Assembly: GCA_035461345.1 (NCBI GenBank)
Contig: DATHVJ010000187.1
Span: 1 to 55,032, forward strand
Length of the DNA stretch: 55,032 nt
Direction: 5' to 3'
Source: Solirubrobacterales bacterium
GTDB lineage: Bacteria > Actinomycetota > Thermoleophilia > Solirubrobacterales > 70-9
Shown: positions 1 to 8,754 of the stretch, piece by piece
Layout of the letters: each line of letters begins with the position of its first letter
How positions within the stretch are numbered: position 1 is the stretch's first letter
The notes under the pieces: generated by a model
Told to the model about the DNA's origin: nothing
Seen by the model: only the letters and a program-made list of their open reading frames with translations
Databases searched by the model: none
Translations under genes and position numbers: made by a program

Positions 1-348
1 GTCGCCGAGCCCGCCGAGGTAGACGACCCGGCCAACCCCCTCGCGCTTCGCCATCTCGGCGAAGTTGAGCGCGCCCCGCCGCTCGCGCTCCTCGAAGTCG
101 CCTCCGCCGCCCCGTCCCATCGCGTGGACGAGGTAGTAGGCAACCTCGACTCCCGCGCCCGCTCCCCGAAGCGAGTCCGCGTCGAGGACGTCGCCCTGGC
201 GAAGCTCGATCCGGCGATCGTGAAGGGCGGCGGCCCGCGAGGTGTCTCTGGCCAGGCAGCGGACCTCCCACCCGCCGGCCGCGAGCTCGCGCGCGAGGCG
301 GCCGCCGATGAACCCGGTCGCCCCGGTTACCAGCGCTCTCCGGGGCAC
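1..348 (-). CDS. NAD-dependent epimerase/dehydratase (SDR/NmrA-like), N-terminal 116 codons; gene runs off the window start
   Basis: My minus-strand translation from GTG 346-348 reads VPRRALVTGATGFIGGRLARELAAGGWEVRCLARD...VVYLGGLGD. It has a Rossmann GxxGxxG loop (TGATGFIGG). It is absent from the ORF track because the window edge truncates it. Confidence 0.75.
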   Translation of the reverse strand, partial: MPRRALVTGATGFIGGRLARELAAGGWEVRCLARDTSRAAALHDRRIELRQGDVLDADSLRGAGAGVEVAYYLVHAMGRGGGGDFEERERRGALNFAEMAKREGVGRVVYLGGLGD

Positions 349-349
349 G

Positions 350-679
350 TCAGCGTTTCCGGGCCGGCCCTCCGCGCGGGAGCGGCAGCCCGAAACTCAC
401 CCGCTCGGGGTCGAAGTCCGACACCAGCGGAACACCGAGATGGCGAGCGAGACGGTAGCTCCAGGCATACGGCCACGGGACGGGGACCTCAGGGGCGAAC
501 CTGGCGACGGTCCCGTCCTTGCGGTCAACCTCGAGGTAGATGGTCGAGGTGGGAAGGACCAACCCGTGCGGCGCACCGATCCCGGTCACGCGCACGGCCT
601 TCGGGCCACCGCCCGACAGCGCGCCGCGGGCGCCGCGGACCGCACGGGTGAGCTGGAACGGGTTCAGGTACCAGGGCAT
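350..679 (-). CDS. hypothetical protein (109 aa)
   Basis: Uses the internal ATG (677-679) of track ORF 350..1255. The tail MPWYLNPFQLTRAV...EVDRKDGTVARFAPEVPVPWPYAW has normal composition. The upstream 190 aa are Arg/Pro-rich and overlap the YeaQ-like gene in another frame. The stop lies 2 nt from the epimerase start. Confidence 0.45.
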   Translation of the reverse strand: MPWYLNPFQLTRAVRGARGALSGGGPKAVRVTGIGAPHGLVLPTSTIYLEVDRKDGTVARFAPEVPVPWPYAWSYRLARHLGVPLVSDFDPERVSFGLPLPRGGPARKR

Positions 680-705
680 CGGCTCGGCTCCCGCCGAGGG
701 GTCGG

Positions 706-987
706 TCAGTAGCCTGCCCTGCCGCCCGCCGTCGAGCCGCGGGTGAACAGGCGGTACACGAGCAGCAGCAGGATCGAGCCGCCGATCGCGATCAGCCACG
801 TCCCGATGTCGAAGAACTCGTCGATCTCGCCGATGTCGAGGGCGCTGGCGATGAAGCCGCCGACGAGGGCGCCCGCGATCCCGATCAGCGTCGTGACGAT
901 GAACCCGCCCGGGTCGTCGCCCGGGAGGATCAGCTTCGCGATCGCGCCGGCGAAGAGGCCGAGGATGATCCAACCGATGATTCCCAC
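706..987 (-). CDS. GlsB/YeaQ/YmgE family stress-response membrane protein (transglycosylase-associated)
   Basis: 93 aa. MGIIGWIILGLFAGAIAKLILPGDDPGGFIVTTLIGIAGALVGGF is the typical N-terminus and Gly-zipper TM pattern of this family. Confidence 0.85.
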   Translation of the reverse strand: MGIIGWIILGLFAGAIAKLILPGDDPGGFIVTTLIGIAGALVGGFIASALDIGEIDEFFDIGTWLIAIGGSILLLLVYRLFTRGSTAGGRAGY

Positions 988-1091
988 GCTTGACTCCTTT
1001 GTAGGGGGCGAGGCACGACCGAGCTACCCCGTCTCGAGCGAGTTCAAACGGCGCACGTCCGGCGCGGATCCGCGCCGCTACGCTGCGCCAC

Positions 1092-2081
1092 GTGCCGGAG
1101 ATCCGAGACCCGATCTTCGTCGGCGGAACGCAGCGCAGCGGCACGCACGCGACCGCGGGCCTGATCGGCGCCCACCGGGCGGTTGCGCACCTGCCGCGGG
1201 AGATGAAGTTCCACGCCCACCAGCTCGGGCTCCCCGGGGTGATCGCCGGCCGCACCTCGCCGCGCGCGTTCGCGCAGCGGATGCGCGACTTCTGGTGGAA
1301 GCGGCCGTACCGCGAGGGGCGAACGCGCGGGCTCTACAAGACGATCCCGCGGGAGCGCTTCGACGCGGCGCTGGCAGAGTTCCTGGACGCCTCGCGCGCC
1401 ACGCCGCTTCGCCACCGGCTGCCGCGGCGCCCCCGTCCCGACCTCGTCGGCCCGTCGCGCGATCTGGTCAAGGCGCTGTTCGACCCGATCGCCGTCGAGG
1501 ACGGCGCGCCGCGGTGGGTGGAGATGAGCCCGCGGAACGCCCAGTTCGCTCCCGATCTGCTGGAGATGTTCCCGGACATGAAGCTCGTGTACTCGATCCG
1601 GGACGGGCGCGACGTCGCCTGCTCGCTCGTCCGGCTCCCGTTCGGCCCCGAGAACGTGCTCGCGGCGCTGGCGCGCTGGAGCCTGCACCTGCGGCGGGCC
1701 GACGCGTCGGTTCGCCGGCTGCCCGGCGACCGGGTGCTGGCGATGCGGCTCGAGCAGCTGCTGCTGACGCGGCGCGAGGAGCGCTTCGCGGCGCTGCTCG
1801 AGTTCCTCGAGCTCGACGAGGACGAGGCGATCCGGGCCACGTTCGAAGGGGAGCTGACGCCCGAGAACGGCCACCTGGGGAGGTGGCGGGTCGAGCTCCC
1901 CGCCCCCGAGCGCGACGAGCTCGACCGCCGCTATCGCGAGGTGCTCGAGCAGATGGCCATCGACGGGATCGCGTCGCGGCCGGACCCCGACCCGCTGCCG
2001 GCCGACTTCGCGGCCGTGCCGGCGGGCGAGCTCGGCTCGGCGATCGATCCGTGGGCGGACGGGCGCGCTGAGCACGCGTAG
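1092..2081 (+). CDS. sulfotransferase family protein (paralog of 28869..30764 and 33547..34482)
   Basis: GTG start. PAPS 5'-phosphosulfate-binding-type loop FVGGTQRSGTH and 3'-phosphate-type motif IRDGRDVACS. Collinear similarity to the other two paralogs (GLYK..PR.RFDAA, FLELEDE, RDRW/GRWR). Confidence 0.8.
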   Translation: MPEIRDPIFVGGTQRSGTHATAGLIGAHRAVAHLPREMKFHAHQLGLPGVIAGRTSPRAFAQRMRDFWWKRPYREGRTRGLYKTIPRERFDAALAEFLDASRATPLRHRLPRRPRPDLVGPSRDLVKALFDPIAVEDGAPRWVEMSPRNAQFAPDLLEMFPDMKLVYSIRDGRDVACSLVRLPFGPENVLAALARWSLHLRRADASVRRLPGDRVLAMRLEQLLLTRREERFAALLEFLELDEDEAIRATFEGELTPENGHLGRWRVELPAPERDELDRRYREVLEQMAIDGIASRPDPDPLPADFAAVPAGELGSAIDPWADGRAEHA

Positions 2082-2122
2082 CATCGCGACCCGAGACGGC
2101 GGCTGAAAGGATCCCCCGCCCG

Positions 2123-3835
2123 ATGTCCGCGGCGCGGCCCCAGATCACGGCCAGGGAGCTGCTCCTCGTCGCGCTCGGAGCCGTCGCGCTGTCGGTGGTC
2201 ATGAACTGGCCGCTGATTCTCAACCTCGGCGACGACATACCCAAGGACCTCGGCGACCCCCTCGTCCAGGCGTGGCAGGTGGCGTGGGGCGGCCACGCCC
2301 TCGCGAACCAACCGCTCGAGTTCTTCCAGTCGAACCAGTTCTGGCCGCTGGACGACACGCTGGCATTCTCGGACGCTCTCCTCGGCTACGCCCCGGCGGG
2401 CCTGATCGGGTCCGGGCCCGAGGCGGCGGTGGTTCGCTACGACCTGCTGTTCCTGTTCGCGTACGCGCTCGCGTTCGGCGGCGCGTACCTGCTCGCGCGC
2501 GAGCTCGGCGCCGGGCCCGCGGGCGCCGTCGTGGCCGGAGCGGCGTTCGCGTTCGCTCCGTTCCGGCTCGAGCAGGACGGACACATGCACGTGATCTCCA
2601 GCGGCGGCGGCCCACTGGCGCTGGCGCTCGGCGTCCGCGGCTACCGGCTGCGCCGGCCGTGGGTGGTGGTGGCGGCGTTCGCAGTCGCGACGTGGCAGCT
2701 CTCGCTCGGGTTCACTCTCGGGCTCCCGCTCGCGTACCTGCTCGGGGCGACCGGGCTCGTCGCCGCGGCAGTGTGGCTGCGTCGCGGGCGGCCGGTTCTG
2801 GACCGGCGGCTGGTCGTCGCCACGATCGCCGGCGTGGTGCTGTTCGGCGGCTGCGCGGCCGTGATCAGCCGCCCCTACCTCCGGGTCGCCGACGAGCATC
2901 CCGAGGCGACCCGAGGGCCGGCGGAGGTCGCGAGCTACTCCGGCCCGGTGTACGCGTTCCTCGTCGCGCCGGACGAGAACCCGATCTGGGGCGGCGCGAC
3001 CGCGAGCCTGCGCGACGACCTCGAGCACTTCCCCGAGAAGACGCTGTTCCCGGGGCTCGTGATCGTCGCGCTGGCGATCGCGGGGCTGTGGTCGTCGACG
3101 TATCCGCGCCGCACGCGGATCGTGCTCGCCGCGGCGGTGGCGGCGATCTCGGTGCTCGCGCTGGGCTTCAAGGAGGAGGGAGGGCTGCTGTGGCCCTACC
3201 GCGTCGTGTACGAGACGCTGCCGGGATGGGAGGGGATCAGGACCCCGGGGAGGCTGATGACGTTCTCGTCGCTGGGCCTGGCGCTGCTCGCAGCCGCCGG
3301 CGCCGAGCTGGCGATGCGCGCGGCCCGCTCGCGCACGGCTGCCCGCGCGGCGCCCGTCGCGGTCGCGACGGTGCTCGCGGCGGCGATCGTCGTCGAGGGC
3401 CGCGGGCTCCCGTTCGACCCCTTCGACGACTTGGCCCAGCCCAGCCCCCCCGATCCTCCCGTCGACGTCGCCGGGATCCCGGCCCCGCAGCTCAACCTCC
3501 CCGCCGAGCGTCCCCACGACAACCGGCGCTACCTGCTGTGGTCGACAAACGGGTTCCCCGACATGGTCAACGGGCGCTCGAGCACGAACCCGGCGTTCAC
3601 CGCGGAGGTGATAGCCCGAGCCCGGAGCTTTCCCGACCGGCGCAGCGCCGCCTACCTGCGCCGGCTCGGGATCCGCACCGTGCTCGTACACCCGCGGCGC
3701 ACCCGGCGGCCGGTATGGGACGACGGCGGCCGGCCGCCGCCGCTGCCCGGCATCGGGGTGACCCGCCGCCGGGAGGGCGACGTGATCGTCTACGAGATCC
3801 GCTCGCCTAGCGGTGCCTCTCGCAACGTCCGCTAG
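2123..3835 (+). CDS. polytopic membrane protein, GT-C-like glycosyltransferase candidate
   Basis: 570 aa. ATG preceded by GAAAGGA. Many hydrophobic helices followed by a soluble C-terminal domain of about 130 aa. Lies 41 nt downstream of the sulfotransferase. The family assignment is inferred from architecture only. Confidence 0.5.
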   Translation: MSAARPQITARELLLVALGAVALSVVMNWPLILNLGDDIPKDLGDPLVQAWQVAWGGHALANQPLEFFQSNQFWPLDDTLAFSDALLGYAPAGLIGSGPEAAVVRYDLLFLFAYALAFGGAYLLARELGAGPAGAVVAGAAFAFAPFRLEQDGHMHVISSGGGPLALALGVRGYRLRRPWVVVAAFAVATWQLSLGFTLGLPLAYLLGATGLVAAAVWLRRGRPVLDRRLVVATIAGVVLFGGCAAVISRPYLRVADEHPEATRGPAEVASYSGPVYAFLVAPDENPIWGGATASLRDDLEHFPEKTLFPGLVIVALAIAGLWSSTYPRRTRIVLAAAVAAISVLALGFKEEGGLLWPYRVVYETLPGWEGIRTPGRLMTFSSLGLALLAAAGAELAMRAARSRTAARAAPVAVATVLAAAIVVEGRGLPFDPFDDLAQPSPPDPPVDVAGIPAPQLNLPAERPHDNRRYLLWSTNGFPDMVNGRSSTNPAFTAEVIARARSFPDRRSAAYLRRLGIRTVLVHPRRTRRPVWDDGGRPPPLPGIGVTRRREGDVIVYEIRSPSGASRNVR

Positions 3836-3876
3836 GAAGTGACGAGATCCGGGCGCCGCCAGGCAAGGACGCCGGG

Positions 3877-3903
3877 CGCCCGAACAGCAGCACTATTCGG
3901 GCG
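3877..3903. terminator. stem-loop between convergent genes (8-bp stem cgcccgaa/ttcgggcg, 11-nt loop)
   Basis: Inverted repeat read directly from the sequence. It sits between the stops of 2123..3835 (+) and 3940..5676 (-). There is no T-tract, as is usual in high-GC genomes. Confidence 0.35.
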
Positions 3904-3939
3904 ACTGAGGACGAAGCGTGGGGGCGGCGATCTGGGCCG

Positions 3940-5676
3940 TCATTTCCGGCGAGACGGCGTGTGAGGTACCGCAAGCAAGGGCTCGCGCGCCGGCACCTGA
4001 GCGCCTGCCCGCTCCGCTCGCCGCTCCCGCAGCCGCAGCGCGGCCAGGGTGACCACCGATCCGCCGAAAGCGAGCCCGATCAGCTGCACCGTCTCGCGAC
4101 CGCCGCTCAGCGGGGTGATCGGGTCCCCCGCCGCGCTCGGCCCGACGATCGCGATCACGGCCCAGCCCAGGACGCCCGCCAGGGCCGGACGGATGTCGCC
4201 GATCCGCGGCGCAGGCGTCGCCAGCGCCGCGAACGCGACAGCGACAGCGAGCGCCGCCAGCACCGGCGCCATGGCGAGCCACGCGTCGGTCACCCCGAGC
4301 GCGGTCAGCACGGTGTGCTCGAGGCTTGCGTCGCGCAGCCGCACGACCCAGATCGCGGTCCCGTTATCGCCGATCAGCGGGAAGGTGATCGCGCCCGCGA
4401 CCATGAACACCACGGACGGGATCGCGAGGCCGAGCGTCAGCGCCGGGAGCCGGCGGTAGGCGACGGCGAGCCCAAGGGCGAGGAACGGGAGCGTGGGTAT
4501 CAGGAAGCGCGGTCCCGGCGTGCCACCCCCGAACGGCAGCCAGTAGCCGGCGTTGTAGACGAAGTACGCCGCGGCAATCGCGAGGATCACGCGCGCCTCG
4601 GCGCTGCGCCGGGTGCGGCGCATCAGCCACGCCCCGACCACGGCCATCGCGATGACCGGCGTCAGGACCAGGAGGCCGCGGCTGGCGACGAGGAGGTCGA
4701 AGGCGGCGGCGGGGTCGGGGAGCGTGACCCCGAACAGCCCGCCGTCGTTGAGCCCCACCTCGGCGTGGCCGCTGGTTCCCGCGCGCACGATCGCGTCCCC
4801 GTACGCGAACCGCAGCGGGGAGCCGAGCGACCACCAGTTGTAGAGCAGGGCCGGGAGCGCCCCGGCGACCGCCCCGGCGGCGTACCAGGCGCCGCGCGCG
4901 AAGCGGAACGGCCCACCGAGGGCGTAGAAGAACAGCACCGCCCCGACCAGAGCCAGCGGGTACTCGATTGTGACCGCCGCTCCGGCGACGAGCCCGGCGG
5001 CGGCGACGAGCCCGAGCCTCGCCGGGCCGCGGCGCTCGCGGAACAGCAGCGCGAACGCCCCGAATCCGAGCGCCGCGGCGAGCACGTGCGACATGTACTC
5101 GGAGGCGAACGTCATCACGATCGTGCCGAGCCCGAGCGTGACCGCCGCGGCGGTCCCGTACCCGGGCTCGATCCGGTCGGCGACCCAGCGGACCCCGAGC
5201 AGCAGCAGGACCGCCGGGATCACCGCTCCGACCAGGGTCAGCGCCCACACCATCGGCGCCTCGACCTCGATCCGGTCCCACACCCGACGGGCACGGTCGA
5301 CGCTGAACCCGAACTCGGCGAACGGGGGCGCCGTGCTGGCGGCGAACGTCCACCGCGGGTGGTCGGTCCGGTGGGCGTTGCGGGCCGCGTCTCGCGCCCA
5401 CCCGGGCGCTCCGATCGCGTCGAGACCGAGATACGCGGGCACCGTGATCGCCGACAGCCCCGGCGCCTTGACTGAGTAGTAGTGACGGTCGATCCATGCC
5501 TTGTCCTGGGTCTGCCAGTGCCAGCGGTCGATCTCCGCCGTGCCGTCGGCGAGCGCCCGCGTCTGGGCGTAGAAGGCCGTCTGCGCCCACCCCATCGCGT
5601 GCATGAGCAGCCCCCACGCGATGCCGAGGGAGACGACCGCGGCGATCCCGGCGCGACCGCGAAACCCGAGTGCCAT
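3940..5676 (-). CDS. polytopic membrane protein, GT-C-like (PMT/ArnT-type) glycosyltransferase candidate
   Basis: Uses the internal ATG 5674-5676 of track ORF 3940..6147 (MALGFRGRAGIAAVVSLGIAWGLL...). The part upstream of it is Ser/Arg/Pro-rich and antisense to the Ppx gene. An acidic first loop follows TM1 (DRWHWQTQDKAWIDRHYYSVKAPG), then more than 10 TM helices. Confidence 0.5.
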   Translation of the reverse strand: MALGFRGRAGIAAVVSLGIAWGLLMHAMGWAQTAFYAQTRALADGTAEIDRWHWQTQDKAWIDRHYYSVKAPGLSAITVPAYLGLDAIGAPGWARDAARNAHRTDHPRWTFAASTAPPFAEFGFSVDRARRVWDRIEVEAPMVWALTLVGAVIPAVLLLLGVRWVADRIEPGYGTAAAVTLGLGTIVMTFASEYMSHVLAAALGFGAFALLFRERRGPARLGLVAAAGLVAGAAVTIEYPLALVGAVLFFYALGGPFRFARGAWYAAGAVAGALPALLYNWWSLGSPLRFAYGDAIVRAGTSGHAEVGLNDGGLFGVTLPDPAAAFDLLVASRGLLVLTPVIAMAVVGAWLMRRTRRSAEARVILAIAAAYFVYNAGYWLPFGGGTPGPRFLIPTLPFLALGLAVAYRRLPALTLGLAIPSVVFMVAGAITFPLIGDNGTAIWVVRLRDASLEHTVLTALGVTDAWLAMAPVLAALAVAVAFAALATPAPRIGDIRPALAGVLGWAVIAIVGPSAAGDPITPLSGGRETVQLIGLAFGGSVVTLAALRLRERRAERAGAQVPAREPLLAVPHTPSRRK

Positions 5677-5803
5677 CCGTCTCACCGCGCGCGAGTGTAG
5701 AGATCGCACGTTCGGCGGTCGCCCACCCGGCCTGGGTCCCGATGCTCCGCCGCGGTGACTAGGATTGCGCCGTGGGCCGGCTCCGCAACGCTTGGACGGC
5801 GCA

Positions 5804-6727
5804 ATGAGGGTTGCGGTCGTAGACATGGGCACGAACTCGACCCGGCTGCTGGTCGGCGAGATCGAGGGCGGCCGCGTGCCCGAGCTCGAGCGACGCAGCC
5901 GCGTGACGAGGCTCGGTCGCGGCGTCGACCTCTCGGCCCAGCTGTGCACCGACGCGATCGACGAGGTGTGCCTGGTGGTCGGGGAGTACATCGAGGCGTA
6001 CGAGGAGCTGGGCGCCGAGCAGGTGATCGCGATAGCCACCTCGGCCGTCCGCGACGCCGCCAACGCCGACGCCTTCGTCGCCGAGCTGCGCGAGCGCTTC
6101 GCGCTCCACGCGCGGATCCTCGACGGCGGCGAGGAGGCCCACCTCACCTACCTCGGGGCGACCTGGGACCGCCCCCCCGAGATCGACACGCTTGTGGTCG
6201 ACATCGGCGGCGGCAGCACGGAGCTGATCGTGGGCACGGGTGGCGAGGTCGGCTCGTTCGCGTCGCTGCAGTGCGGCACCGTCCGCCACACGGAGCGCTA
6301 CCTGGCCGCCGATCCGCCCGAGGCCTCCGGGCTCGAGGACCTCGCGGCCGACGTCCGGGGGCTGATCGAGGCCGAGCTGCCGGCCGACTCGCGGCCCGTC
6401 GCGTCCGCCGGGATCGCCGTCGCCGGCACGCCGACGTCGCTGGCCGCAATCGACCTCCGACTCGACCCGTACGATCGTGATGCCGTGCACGGTCACAGGC
6501 TGTCGCTGAACTCGATCCAGCGCATGTGCTCGGAGCTGTCGGCGCTGACGCTCGGCGAGCGGCGCAAGGTCACCGGGCTGCATCCGGATCGCGCCCCGAC
6601 GATCGTCGCCGGCGTAGTGATCCTGATCCAGGTCATGCGCGCGTTCTCGCTGTCCGAGATCGAGGTCTCCGAGCACGACATCCTCCACGGCGCCGCGCTC
6701 GAGGCGGCGAAGGCGGCGGTGCCGTGA
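5804..6727 (+). CDS. Ppx/GppA family phosphatase (exopolyphosphatase-like)
   Basis: MRVAVVDMGTNSTRLLV ... AIATSAVRDAAN ... LVVDIGGGSTELIV are ASKHA-fold phosphate-binding motifs typical of Ppx/GppA. The ATG at 5804 is preferred over the track start at 5765. Confidence 0.85.
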   Translation: MRVAVVDMGTNSTRLLVGEIEGGRVPELERRSRVTRLGRGVDLSAQLCTDAIDEVCLVVGEYIEAYEELGAEQVIAIATSAVRDAANADAFVAELRERFALHARILDGGEEAHLTYLGATWDRPPEIDTLVVDIGGGSTELIVGTGGEVGSFASLQCGTVRHTERYLAADPPEASGLEDLAADVRGLIEAELPADSRPVASAGIAVAGTPTSLAAIDLRLDPYDRDAVHGHRLSLNSIQRMCSELSALTLGERRKVTGLHPDRAPTIVAGVVILIQVMRAFSLSEIEVSEHDILHGAALEAAKAAVP

Positions 6728-6957
6728 GCCCAGAGAAGCGCGGCAAGGGGCAGAAGAAGGGCCAGGGCTCCGGCTCGGGCCGCAAGAAGGGCCCGCCGAA
6801 GGGGACGAGCCCGACCGCGAAGCGCCAGCAGAAGCGGCGCGAGGAGAAGCTCGCGCTCGTGCGCGAGCAGATCGAGGACGGGTCGCTGACGATCAGGCAG
6901 ATGACGCCCGAGGAACGAAAGAAGTACCCCCCTCGGACGAAGAAAGAAGACAACTAA
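6724..6957 (+). CDS. small Lys/Arg-rich hypothetical protein (77 aa)
   Basis: GTG 6724-6726 overlaps the ppx stop (GTGA), which suggests translational coupling. Sequence is VSPEKRGKGQKKGQGSGSGRKKGPPKG...IRQMTPEERKKYPPRTKKEDN. No family recognised. Confidence 0.45.
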   Translation: MSPEKRGKGQKKGQGSGSGRKKGPPKGTSPTAKRQQKRREEKLALVREQIEDGSLTIRQMTPEERKKYPPRTKKEDN

Positions 6958-6958
6958 C

Positions 6959-6982
6959 GCGAGATGTGCGAGCACATCTCGC
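6959..6982. terminator. perfect 10-bp stem / 4-nt loop hairpin (gcgagatgtg-cgag-cacatctcgc) between convergent genes
   Basis: Read directly from the sequence. It lies 2 nt after the stop of 6724..6957 (+) and 25 nt from the stop of 7007..8677 (-). Confidence 0.55.
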
Positions 6983-7006
6983 GGGCGCCGGCGGGATGGA
7001 GCCTTC

Positions 7007-8677
7007 CTAGGCGAGCACGGCTTTTCGGGGATACACGACGCTCGGATCTGTCAGCACGTTGACGAGCGCCGGCTTGCCCGACTCGAACGCGCGCTCCAGC
7101 GCCGGGCGCAGCTCAGCCGGCTCGCGCACGAGCTCGCCGCGCCCCCCGAGCGCCTCGACCACCTGGTCGTAGCGGGCGTCCTGGCGCAGCTCCGCGGCGA
7201 TCGAGTACCCGTACAGGAACTCCATCGGGTGCTTCTCCAACGCCCAGATGCCGTTGTTCCCCATCACCCCTACGACCGGGAGGCCGTGGCGGACCATCGT
7301 GTCGAACTCGAGCCCCGAGAACCCGAATGCCCCGTCCCCAAGCAGCACGCAGACCTGACGCTTCGGGTGCGCTACCTTGGCGCCGATCGCCTGGCCGGGC
7401 CCGGCGCCGAGGCAGCCGTACGGACCGGGGTCCATCCAGCATCCGGGCTCGTAGGTCTCGATCACGCGGCCGGCGTAGGAAACGAAGTCGCCCCCGTCCC
7501 CGATCACGATCGCATCCCGGTCGAGCACCTCGCGCAGCTCCCTGTACACGCGCAGCGGGTGCAGCGGCGCGCGCTCGTCGTCGAACTCACCCTGCTCGCC
7601 GGCACGCTTCTCGTTCTCGGTCGCGCGCAGATCGGCGACCCAGCCCTTGGTGCGGTCGGCGCTCGCCCCGGAACCCGCCGCCCCGTCGCGCACCGCGGTG
7701 AGCGTCGCCGCGATGTCGCCGACGAGCGCCACCTCGGGCTGACGGGTCGCCTCGAGCCGGCTGGGCGCAGAATCGAGCTGGATCAGGCGGGTGTCGGCGC
7801 CGAACGAGCCGCCGAATCCCAGCCTGAAGTCGAGCGGGACCCCGACGACAAGCGCCACGTCGGCCTCCTTGAGGCCCTTCCCCCGGGCGCGGCTGAACGC
7901 GAGCTCGTGGTCGGCGGGCAGGCAGCCGCGTCCCATCCCGTTCAGGAAAACCGGGACGCCGATCGCCTCGGCGAGCTCGCGCAGCGCGTCCTCGCCGTGC
8001 GCCCAGTACAGGTTCGTTCCCGCCATGATCACCGGCCGCTCCGCAGCCGCGAGGATCTCCGCCGCCTCTTCGACGCCGCCTGCGGCCGCGCCGCCGGCGG
8101 GCTTCGGCCGCGAGGGGACCTTGGCGTCGGCCTCCTGGAACACGACGTCGAGCGGGTAGTCGACGAACGTCGGCCCGCTCGGGAGCTCGATCGCAGCGTC
8201 GAGCGCGCGGGCGGTGGCGTCGGGGATCGCCGCCGTCTCCTTGACCGTCTCGGCGGACTTCGTCAACGGGGCGACGAACGGGACGTGGTCGACCTCCTGC
8301 AGGCTGCCCGACCCCCATCGCATCTCCGGGGCACGCCCTCCGAGCACGACCAGAGGCGAGCCGTTCTGCTGCGCGCCGGCGATCGCGCTCATCCCGTTCG
8401 TGACGCCGGGGCCGGCGGTCAGACCGCATACACCCACCGTCCGGGTCGCCTTCGCCCACCCCTCGGCCGCCCACGCCGCCGCCTGCTCGTGGCGAGTGTC
8501 GACGACGTCGATGCCCTCGTCCTTGCACCCGTCGTAGATAGAGAACAGGTGGCCGCCGGAGAGCGTGAACAGCTTGCGGACGCCGCGCGACGCGAGCGCG
8601 CGGGCGACGAGCCGCCCGCCGTGGACGGCGCCCGTGCCCTCGCGGGCGTCGGCGCCGGTGGCCTGCTCGGTAGCCAT
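7007..8677 (-). CDS. thiamine-pyrophosphate enzyme, acetolactate synthase large subunit-like / 2-hydroxyacyl-CoA lyase family
   Basis: 556 aa. The N-terminal Pyr domain has [44 protein letters not shown]. The C-terminal TPP-binding motif is [32 protein letters not shown]. Confidence 0.85.
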   Translation of the reverse strand: MATEQATGADAREGTGAVHGGRLVARALASRGVRKLFTLSGGHLFSIYDGCKDEGIDVVDTRHEQAAAWAAEGWAKATRTVGVCGLTAGPGVTNGMSAIAGAQQNGSPLVVLGGRAPEMRWGSGSLQEVDHVPFVAPLTKSAETVKETAAIPDATARALDAAIELPSGPTFVDYPLDVVFQEADAKVPSRPKPAGGAAAGGVEEAAEILAAAERPVIMAGTNLYWAHGEDALRELAEAIGVPVFLNGMGRGCLPADHELAFSRARGKGLKEADVALVVGVPLDFRLGFGGSFGADTRLIQLDSAPSRLEATRQPEVALVGDIAATLTAVRDGAAGSGASADRTKGWVADLRATENEKRAGEQGEFDDERAPLHPLRVYRELREVLDRDAIVIGDGGDFVSYAGRVIETYEPGCWMDPGPYGCLGAGPGQAIGAKVAHPKRQVCVLLGDGAFGFSGLEFDTMVRHGLPVVGVMGNNGIWALEKHPMEFLYGYSIAAELRQDARYDQVVEALGGRGELVREPAELRPALERAFESGKPALVNVLTDPSVVYPRKAVLA

Positions 8678-8754
8678 GAATCAGTACACCTACCTGTCCC
8701 TCGCCTCACACTCGCGGGCTTCGCCCGCTCCCGTTCGGCGCCAGCATAAAGCGC

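Noticed and set aside
1931-3691. 586-aa minus-strand ORF opposite the membrane protein gene at 2123..3835; similar shadow ORFs at 743..2071, 1044..2084, 2272..3810
   Set aside because: The composition is Arg/Pro/Asp/Glu-rich with no hydrophobic core or motifs. The plus-strand frames give a sulfotransferase with a PAPS loop and a coherent multi-TM protein.
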